Below, in pieces: positions 10,589 through 17,317 of a stretch of 64,000 nt of DNA. This stretch comes from Pyrinomonadaceae bacterium (GTDB lineage: Bacteria > Acidobacteriota > Blastocatellia > Pyrinomonadales > Pyrinomonadaceae). A program made the translations under genes and the position numbers. The stretch spans positions 3,097-67,096 of the forward strand of contig JBJXFZ010000072.1 of assembly GCA_046154245.1 (NCBI GenBank). The letters are read 5' to 3'. Position 1 is the stretch's first letter; every line of letters begins with the position of its first letter. Below the pieces are notes generated by a model, which saw only the letters and a program-made list of their open reading frames with translations, was not told where the DNA came from and did no database searches.

Positions 10589-11015
10589 ATCGATTTGGGA
10601 TATGGGAATTATGATTTCGGATTTCTTTTCGCCTTTGACGTCTTGATAGCCGAAACGACTATCGAGACGATTTCGTCAAATTCGGACAAGAGCATCGCTA
10701 CCAAGTTCTGCTTGATCTGACCGGATTCAACTAACAGTTCTATCCAGTAAATGAATTCGTCCGATTCTTCTTCAACAATCGCCAGCTTATTAATAAAATC
10801 AGCGGTCGATTTGGCGCGACAAGCTGCCCGATAGTTCGCCCCAACTGAAGTGGCGCTGCGAAGCAATTGTCTGCCAAGAATATCTGATGTCTTGTTTTTT
10901 GGCAAGCTTTCGACGAGGCAAATTACACGCACCGATAACTGCTTCGTTCGGTCCATCATCTCCAGCTTTGTCATATGTAAATCCGCAATCCGAAATCACA
11001 AATCACTAATCGAAA
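10589..11015 (-). mobile_element. candidate IVS-like element: four-helix-bundle gene nested between imperfect 36-37 bp inverted repeats built of 7-bp-periodic GGATT/AATCC units
   Basis: Left arm 10589..10624 is ATCGATTTGGGATATGGGAATTATGATTTCGGATTT. Right arm 10979..11015 is AAATCCGCAATCCGAAATCACAAATCACTAATCGAAA. By hand alignment, 27 of 36 positions of the left arm match the reverse complement of the right arm. The arms abut the dprA start codon on one side and the tRNA-Sec 3' end on the other. Confidence 0.5.
10609..10974 (-). CDS. four-helix-bundle protein (23S rRNA intervening-sequence protein / Avd-like family)
   Basis: 121 aa. The family pattern is visible in QLLRSATSVGANYRAACRAKSTADFINKLAIVEEESDEFIYWIELL. 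The ORF termini are encoded by the flanking repeat arms (C-terminal ...KRNPKS*). Confidence 0.8.
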   Translation of the reverse strand: MTKLEMMDRTKQLSVRVICLVESLPKNKTSDILGRQLLRSATSVGANYRAACRAKSTADFINKLAIVEEESDEFIYWIELLVESGQIKQNLVAMLLSEFDEIVSIVVSAIKTSKAKRNPKS

Positions 11016-11115
11016 TGGCGGAGGCGTGTGGGAGTCGAACCCACCCAAGAGACGCTCTCGCGCTCTCGCAAACGGTTTTGAAGACCGCGCCCATCACCGG
11101 ACAGGATGCGCCTCC
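11016..11115 (-). tRNA. selC: tRNA-Sec (anticodon UCA)
   Basis: Minus-strand sequence GGAGGCGCATCCTGTCCGGTGATGGGCGCGGTCTTCAAAACCGTTTGCGAGAGCGCGAGAGCGTCTCTTGGGTGGGTTCGACTCCCACACGCCTCCGCCA. It folds with a 7-bp acceptor stem, a 6-bp D stem (CCTGTC/GATGGG) with the 4-nt loop typical of tRNA-Sec, an anticodon loop CTTCAAA (TCA), a long variable arm, a T arm GTGGG-TTCGACT-CCCAC and an encoded CCA. Confidence 0.85.
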
Positions 11116-11122
11116 TAAAAAA

Positions 11123-11491
11123 TCAATCATTGCTTCGACGTAAAATTATTGCGATTAATAGATAAATGATGGCTGCATTTAACGACGCACTGCTTAAGAT
11201 CCGACCAAGCGATGGCGAGCAAGACTGATCCATATTGTAACAAGGTAATATTAAGCTCCATGGAAGCGTAAGCATCAATGTAACACTTTCAATCACCGGA
11301 TTACTGGACTGTTGGTAAATCAACGCAGTGATTAGAACCAATCCGACATAGGCCATCACAAAATATTCTCCGATCTTGGATTTAAACTTTCGGCGACCAA
11401 ACATCAACACACCGATGCCAACCAAGAAAAGAAAACCGTGAATCAAAAAACTAAAAAATATTCCTTCGCCGTGAAAAAATGCGAAATACAT
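11123..11491 (-). CDS. hypothetical small integral membrane protein
   Basis: 122 aa with about four hydrophobic segments. No family was recognised. Confidence 0.5.
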   Translation of the reverse strand: MYFAFFHGEGIFFSFLIHGFLFLVGIGVLMFGRRKFKSKIGEYFVMAYVGLVLITALIYQQSSNPVIESVTLMLTLPWSLILPCYNMDQSCSPSLGRILSSASLNAAIIYLLIAIILRRSND

Positions 11492-11517
11492 TTGAAAACC
11501 TCCATTCGCCTAACTGC

Positions 11518-12657
11518 CTAATTTTCCTGCAGCAATATCGTCGCCAACGTCACCCGCTTTGCAATGTCACTCACCAAAATATGCTCGTCGAGCGTGTGGG
11601 CACCGCTACCCCGGATGCCGAGGCCATCAAGAACCGGCACGCCAAGAGCCGCGACAAAGTTGCCGTCCGACGCGCCGCCGACCTGCGTTTCGCCAAGTTC
11701 GTAATCGAATGTTGCCGCGATGTCGCGGGCCTTTTTATACAGAGCGACGACCGCATCTGTTCGCTCCATCGGCGGGCGGTTTATCTCGCCTAAGAGTTCG
11801 AGCGTGACGCGGGCATCGATCGCCCCTAAAGAACGTAATTCGCTCTCGACACGTGCGGCCTCATCCGCACTGCTAAATCTTACGTCGATCTCACACGCGG
11901 CGTGATCGGGAATTACGTTTGTGGTAGTGCCGCCGTGAAATGTTGTGACATTTACGGTCGTGCCAACATCGGGGCGCTGGATCGCGTGAACACGCTCCAC
12001 GGCGCGAGCGAGTTCGGCGACTGCGTTCGCGCCTTTCTCCGGTTCGAGACCCGCGTGTGCGGGAGCGCCGTGAGCGACGAGCTTGAATGTGCCTGTGCCT
12101 TTGCGGCCCGTTTTCACGCGTCCGTCGGCCGAGGGCTCGAAAACAAGACATCGCTCGGCGTTTGCAGCCTCGCGCTCGACAAGCGGCCGCCCCGAATGGC
12201 TGCCGACCTCTTCGTCACAGGCGAGCAGGATCGTGATCGGCCGCGATGGCTTTCGCCCGGTCGCGGCAAGAAACCGCAGCGCCTCGATCATCAGGACAAT
12301 GCCCGATTTCATATCAAAAATGCCGCACCCGTAGTATTTATCGCCCTCGACGCGCGTCGGATTTTTCTCACGGGTTCCGACCGGGTGAACAGTGTCCGTA
12401 TGGCCGAGCAGTAAAATGTGTGGACCGTCGCCGGAGAAGGCATTGATAATAATGTGCTCGCCGTATCCGTCGACCGTGACGCGCTCGATCTCAACATTGA
12501 CGCCCGTCGCACGAAACGCTCGCTCTATCCAATCGACGACCGCGACGCTTTGCTCCGAGTCGTTAGACGGAGACTCGATCTCAACGATGTCTCTGATCGA
12601 AGCGATGATCTCGTCGCGACGGCCGTCGTAATATTTGAGAATTTCTGTGGGTGTCAT
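11518..12657 (-). CDS. M20 family metallopeptidase (carboxypeptidase G2 / ArgE-DapE-like)
   Basis: 379 aa. Metal-binding motifs LLLGHTDTVHP, GCGIFDMKSG and ACDEEVGS. Confidence 0.8.
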   Translation of the reverse strand: MTPTEILKYYDGRRDEIIASIRDIVEIESPSNDSEQSVAVVDWIERAFRATGVNVEIERVTVDGYGEHIIINAFSGDGPHILLLGHTDTVHPVGTREKNPTRVEGDKYYGCGIFDMKSGIVLMIEALRFLAATGRKPSRPITILLACDEEVGSHSGRPLVEREAANAERCLVFEPSADGRVKTGRKGTGTFKLVAHGAPAHAGLEPEKGANAVAELARAVERVHAIQRPDVGTTVNVTTFHGGTTTNVIPDHAACEIDVRFSSADEAARVESELRSLGAIDARVTLELLGEINRPPMERTDAVVALYKKARDIAATFDYELGETQVGGASDGNFVAALGVPVLDGLGIRGSGAHTLDEHILVSDIAKRVTLATILLQEN

Positions 12658-13913
12658 TGAAGCTTTAAGTCTACGTCCTGTATCGAATTAGCCGCGGCGT
12701 AGGCGCGTGCCTCGTCTTCGCTTGCAAATGCTTTTATTACATCAAAAGCGCGTGCTTCGGATTTGCCGTTCACAGCAACCATTAGCGTCGGCCGCGCGGC
12801 CGGACCGGTCGGACAGACGTCTAGCAGGACAGCGGTCGGCTTTGCTTTGGCCTGATTTTCCCGCGTTTGTTTTTTGAAGACCGGGTACATTATTGTCCGA
12901 ATGATCTGACACGGGGCGGCAGCAGATTGCACGACTTGTGGAGCGGTGAATGCCGCGTTGAAAAGCTCGCCCATGCGATAACCAGCCAACGTGAGCTGCC
13001 GCTCGGCAACGGCAAACGCTCGTTGTCTGTATTTTTTGGATGGTTCGGAGAAGCGGATCAGATCTGCTGAGAACACGTCGGTCGGGTTTAGGGCGAACGT
13101 CTCTTTTTGCAGGTAGTCGAAATCACCGACGCTCAGTCTTGCCTGTAGCGAAGGGAACGGGTGCCGTTTTATAAACTTCATGGCGAGCCCCTCAATGTAC
13201 TTGCGCTCGCTCGGCCCGCCGTCGTATGCGACGTTTCGACCAACGATCGAGTCCCAATACCAATGCAGGTTTACCTGCTTGTCACGCGGCGTACCCTTCG
13301 CCGTAAGTAAAAATAAATTTCCGCCTTGATCGCCCTTTGGCTCTTCGTCCGTAACGCGAGCCGATGTATGCAGCGGCTGGTGCAGATCACCGATGAGGTG
13401 CATTATCCATGCGATGGCGACAGCCTTGTCCGCGTCACGTGCCGATGCGTCGCGTATCAGCTTGTCGAACTCGTTTAATTTCGCAACCGCGACACCGCCC
13501 TCCTGAAAGCCGCTGAGCGGTTCGGCCTTACCATTAACTTGTTTCCAAAATGTGTCGTCGTAATGCCAGTTACCCTTATGGTATTTGCGATTGCGGACCT
13601 CGTTTCTAAACCGCGGATCCGACCCAAAATCACGCACGATGTCGGGCCACGTCGCTGCGATCATAAAGAAATCGAGGCGGCGCACATCCTCAGGCTCGAT
13701 GCCATACGGACGATAAAAGACTGCAAGATGCGAATCCTCAGGCGCCTGCCGCAAGATCTCGATCACCCGGTTGCGCACCGTCGGCGTCATCCGCAGCCAC
13801 GCAATGTGGGCCGTGATCTTGTGCCCGACGTCGTCCCAGCCGAGTGCCGGCATGGCCGTAAATGCAAGCATTGCGGTCAAAATCGTGAGGTTTGCAGCGA
13901 CTCGTTTCATCAT
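12654..13913 (-). CDS. S1/P1 nuclease family protein with a C-terminal extension
   Basis: Motifs GWDDVGHKITAHIA and MHLIGDLHQPLHTS. The signal peptide MMKRVAANLTILTAMLAFTAMPALG follows an AGGAG SD, so start 13913 is preferred over the track start 14015. The stop overlaps the M20 start by 4 nt. Confidence 0.8.
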   Translation of the reverse strand: MMKRVAANLTILTAMLAFTAMPALGWDDVGHKITAHIAWLRMTPTVRNRVIEILRQAPEDSHLAVFYRPYGIEPEDVRRLDFFMIAATWPDIVRDFGSDPRFRNEVRNRKYHKGNWHYDDTFWKQVNGKAEPLSGFQEGGVAVAKLNEFDKLIRDASARDADKAVAIAWIMHLIGDLHQPLHTSARVTDEEPKGDQGGNLFLLTAKGTPRDKQVNLHWYWDSIVGRNVAYDGGPSERKYIEGLAMKFIKRHPFPSLQARLSVGDFDYLQKETFALNPTDVFSADLIRFSEPSKKYRQRAFAVAERQLTLAGYRMGELFNAAFTAPQVVQSAAAPCQIIRTIMYPVFKKQTRENQAKAKPTAVLLDVCPTGPAARPTLMVAVNGKSEARAFDVIKAFASEDEARAYAAANSIQDVDLKLQ

Positions 13914-14095
13914 TTCGTCTCCTGAATCTGTTTTCACGATTCTATCGAAATAGATGCATGAGTGCGAGCCGATGATCTGGCGGTTAAAAAGTAAACAAAC
14001 CATTTTTATGGGCAAAACATCCTAAGGCTTGCAATCTTTCCCCAATTTAGCGTTCTCGCTAACGGAGGAGGTCCTGAGACCCAGGAAAGTGTGGT

Positions 14096-14350
14096 ATGCA
14101 AGTTTTATTGGAACAAAATTTGACACTGAGGCGTTTAAGTGATAGAAATGACGATTCTCATGGGGTAAGGATAGGCCTGATAAGCAGTATTTTCGGGTGC
14201 TGGCACAAAGATTTGAGTAGGCCGTTCAGTGATAAAAAAGGTTCGTATATCGTGTGCATCGAGTGTGGTGCGAGGAAGGTATTTGATACAAAAAGTTTTA
14301 AGACATTGGGGAACTTTTACTACGCCCCATTGGGTGACGCCCGACCCTAA
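14096..14350 (+). CDS. hypothetical small Cys-containing (zinc-ribbon-like) protein
   Basis: 84 aa. GCWH...CIECG spacing is zinc-ribbon-like. A hairpin terminator follows. Confidence 0.4.
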   Translation: MQVLLEQNLTLRRLSDRNDDSHGVRIGLISSIFGCWHKDLSRPFSDKKGSYIVCIECGARKVFDTKSFKTLGNFYYAPLGDARP

Positions 14351-14402
14351 CTGTGGCGATTCATAATAATCCTCAATTATACCTACCTAAATTAGACCTA
14401 CC

Positions 14403-14445
14403 GAGTGCGGCGTTTTCAACAGAGAAAGCCGCACTCTTTCATTTT
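14403..14445 (+). terminator. candidate intrinsic terminator
   Basis: GAGTGCGGC (14403-14411) pairs with GCCGCACTC (14428-14436) and is followed by TTTCATTTT. Confidence 0.5.
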
Positions 14446-14510
14446 AAATAAACTTCACTGTGGCGCTTCGCCGTAATATCGGTTAGAGTTGCAAAAAAAC
14501 GGAGGTTTCT

Positions 14511-15056
14511 ATGATCAAGAAGATAGTTCTTGTCGTTTTGGCGCTTTTGGTAGTCGTCGTCGCAGGTTTTTTGGTTGCGGTGGCGATGCAGCCGGACGAA
14601 CTAAAGATAACACGGTCGACCTCGGTTTCTGCCCCGCCGGCAAAGGTCTTTGAGCAGGTCAACGACTTTAACAAATGGGCGGCGTGGTCACCCTGGGAAA
14701 AGCTCGACCCGGCGATGAAAAAGGAGATCTCCGGCGCCCCGTCCGGCAAAGGAGCCGTTTATTATTGGAACGGGAATGACGAGGTCGGTGAAGGCCGAAT
14801 GACGATAACCCAAAGCCATCCGACGGCGCATATCGAGATCGCTCTCGAATTCATAAAGCCGTGGCAACAAAAGAGTGTAAACGAGTTTATGTTCAACCCC
14901 GACGGCGACAAGACAAACGTCACCTGGACGATGACCATGCAGAACAACTTTATGAGCAAAGCCTTTGGTCTGCTGATGGACATGGACAAGATGATCGGTC
15001 CCGACTTTGAAAAAGGTCTCGCCCAGATGAAGACGGTCGCGGAGGCCGGCAAGTAG
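14511..15056 (+). CDS. SRPBCC (START/polyketide-cyclase-like) family protein with N-terminal TM anchor
   Basis: 181 aa. GGAGG SD upstream. Family-typical VFEQVNDFNKWAAWSPWEKLDP and GEGRMTI. Confidence 0.7.
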   Translation: MIKKIVLVVLALLVVVVAGFLVAVAMQPDELKITRSTSVSAPPAKVFEQVNDFNKWAAWSPWEKLDPAMKKEISGAPSGKGAVYYWNGNDEVGEGRMTITQSHPTAHIEIALEFIKPWQQKSVNEFMFNPDGDKTNVTWTMTMQNNFMSKAFGLLMDMDKMIGPDFEKGLAQMKTVAEAGK

Positions 15057-15057
15057 A

Positions 15058-15447
15058 ATGGCCGCCAACAATCCACCATCCAGGACCGTCCGATGGCTCA
15101 GCTACGTTTTGAGCGCTCTGCCCTCACTTGCGTTGCTCTTTAGCGCGACGGCCAAACTGATCAAGCCAGCAGGCATAGAACAAAGTCTGGAACCGATCGG
15201 CTGGAAGGTCGGTCAACTTACAGGTCTGGGAATACTTGAGGCCGCTGTTGTGATCGTGTATTTGATACCAAGGACGTCGGTGCTCGGCGCGATCTTGATC
15301 ACGGGCTATCTCGGCGGGGCGATCGCGACGCACGTTCGTGTGGGTGATCATATGATCATTCCGCATATTGTTCTTGGAGTGATGGTTTGGCTTGGACTTT
15401 GGCTTCGCGAGCCGCGGCTGAAATCCGTTCTGCCGCTTAGAAGTTGA
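15058..15447 (+). CDS. DoxX-like family membrane protein
   Basis: 129 aa with four TM segments. The start is 1 nt after the upstream stop. Confidence 0.55.
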   Translation: MAANNPPSRTVRWLSYVLSALPSLALLFSATAKLIKPAGIEQSLEPIGWKVGQLTGLGILEAAVVIVYLIPRTSVLGAILITGYLGGAIATHVRVGDHMIIPHIVLGVMVWLGLWLREPRLKSVLPLRS

Positions 15448-15464
15448 TTTTTTGGGTGGGCAAC

Positions 15465-15830
15465 ATGTCAAAATACGCAGATGTTTACCTTTGTCCCATT
15501 CTCGAGGCGAACGTGACGGCATACAAGAAAATGGCGACGGCCGTTGGCAAGGTTTTCTTGAAGCACGGAGCGCTTCGCTATCGTGAGTATGTCGCCTCGG
15601 ATCTGAAGGTCCAAGATGTCGTACCGTTTCCGAGTGTTGTAAAACTAAAGAAAGGTGAGACTCTCATTTACGCTGCCGTCGAATTCAAATCCGAGGCCGC
15701 CCGCAACAAGGCGATGAAAGCTGTAATGAACGACCCCGAGCTTTTAGCGATGTGTGGTCCCGAGGATAAACAACTCTTTGACTACAAGCGAATGGTTTAT
15801 GGCGGGTTTAAGGTGATCGTCGATCTCTAA
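15465..15830 (+). CDS. DUF1428 family protein
   Basis: The N-terminus MSKYADVYLCPILEANVTAYKKMA is typical of DUF1428. The track start at 15444 is probably too early. Confidence 0.65.
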   Translation: MSKYADVYLCPILEANVTAYKKMATAVGKVFLKHGALRYREYVASDLKVQDVVPFPSVVKLKKGETLIYAAVEFKSEAARNKAMKAVMNDPELLAMCGPEDKQLFDYKRMVYGGFKVIVDL

Positions 15831-15846
15831 AAAGCTAATCAGCGAG

Positions 15847-17304
15847 ATGACCGAAAGTACCGAATTAGAGGCCGAAGCGGCCGAAGCAGGAGGGCCGGCC
15901 GCGCCGCCAAAGCCGCATTACGACCGTTCGATCGTCGAGGGCCCTCTGGGGCGTGCCGTCTGGAAGATCGCCTGGCCGACAATGCTTACAAACGTAATCG
16001 CCGGTCTGCAGGGCATGATAGATCACGCCCTCGTCGGCAATCTCGTCGGTTACAAGGCAAACGCCGCCATCGGCATCAGCTTTCAGATATTTCTCACAGT
16101 CGTCGTTTTTATTTCATCCATCTTTATTGGAATGTCGATTCACGTCGCTCGCTTTGTCGGTGCGGGTGATAAGGCCAGGGTCGATCGAACGGTTTACCAG
16201 GCGTTTTTGACCGCGATCTTTATCTCGGTCGGCATTATGGCGCCGGTCGGTTATTTTGCCGCGCCGTACCTGCTTGATTTTGTCAGCCCGGACGCGGGCG
16301 TTAAGGCCGAGGCGTTGCCGTTCTTAAGAGTTACCTTTGTCTTCAGCTTTGGTATTTTGATCTATTTTATGACGAGCGGCGCGCTGCGTGCCGCGGGTGA
16401 CGCAAAAACCGGTATGCGGCTCGGCATTGCGATGACGGTGCTAAATCTGATTTTGAATATAGTGCTGATCAGCGGCCTCGGCCCGATCCCGGCATTTGGC
16501 ACGGTCGGCTCGGCGATGGGTTCGAGTATCGCGGCAGGAACCGTCGGGCTATACGCGATCTACAAACTCTGGAGCGGCGGCTGGGTCGTGCATTTTCCTC
16601 GTGGACAAGGTTGGGGCCCGGATTGGAAGCTGATCAGATCGCTCTTTAAGTTTGGCCTGCCCGCCGGCATTCAGGGAATCGCGATGAACATCGGCGGTCT
16701 TTTGATGCTCTACTTTATCGGCACGCTTGAGAACAGCGCCGCCGCGCAAGCCGCTTACGCGCTCGCGTACGGTCAACTGTTTTTGCTCGTAACGTGGTCG
16801 TCGAACGGCCTGATGGGCGCGTCAGCGGCCGTCGCGGGACAAAACCTCGGTGCCAAACAACCCGATCGCGCATTCTCAGCCGTAAACACCGCCGCGCGAT
16901 TCGGCCTTGCCGGAGCGACATTTCTCGGGATCTTTTACTTTTTCTTCCCCGCTCAGTTGTTAGCTGTATTTGGCATGACCGACCCCACGGCTGTCGACAT
17001 AGGTGTTCAACTGCTGCGCGTGCTCGCCTTCTCGGGACTGTTTATCGCGGTCGCTCTGACATACACCGGCGGTCTGCAAGGCACGGGCGACACAAAAAGC
17101 CCGCTGTATATCTCGATCATCTCGCAAGTCGTCGTGCCGCTCGGCATCTGCTTCGTCATAAAGCAAGTCAGCCACCTCGGACCCATCCACATATGGCTCG
17201 CGATCCTCGCCGGCCACATGACCCGCTGCGGTTTGAGTGTGTTTAGGTTTCTGCAGGGCAAATGGCGCTCTATCAAGGTCGAGATCGAAACGACGGCTGC
17301 CTAG
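15847..17304 (+). CDS. MATE family efflux transporter
   Basis: 485 aa with 12 predicted TM segments and a MATE-like N-terminus (AWPTMLTNVIAGLQGMIDHALVG). Confidence 0.85.
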   Translation: MTESTELEAEAAEAGGPAAPPKPHYDRSIVEGPLGRAVWKIAWPTMLTNVIAGLQGMIDHALVGNLVGYKANAAIGISFQIFLTVVVFISSIFIGMSIHVARFVGAGDKARVDRTVYQAFLTAIFISVGIMAPVGYFAAPYLLDFVSPDAGVKAEALPFLRVTFVFSFGILIYFMTSGALRAAGDAKTGMRLGIAMTVLNLILNIVLISGLGPIPAFGTVGSAMGSSIAAGTVGLYAIYKLWSGGWVVHFPRGQGWGPDWKLIRSLFKFGLPAGIQGIAMNIGGLLMLYFIGTLENSAAAQAAYALAYGQLFLLVTWSSNGLMGASAAVAGQNLGAKQPDRAFSAVNTAARFGLAGATFLGIFYFFFPAQLLAVFGMTDPTAVDIGVQLLRVLAFSGLFIAVALTYTGGLQGTGDTKSPLYISIISQVVVPLGICFVIKQVSHLGPIHIWLAILAGHMTRCGLSVFRFLQGKWRSIKVEIETTAA

Positions 17305-17317
17305 CGTGTCGATCGGC

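Noticed and set aside
10609-10974. The four-helix-bundle (Avd-like) gene might mark a diversity-generating retroelement.
   Set aside because: No reverse transcriptase gene lies nearby. I saw no template/variable repeat pair in the window.
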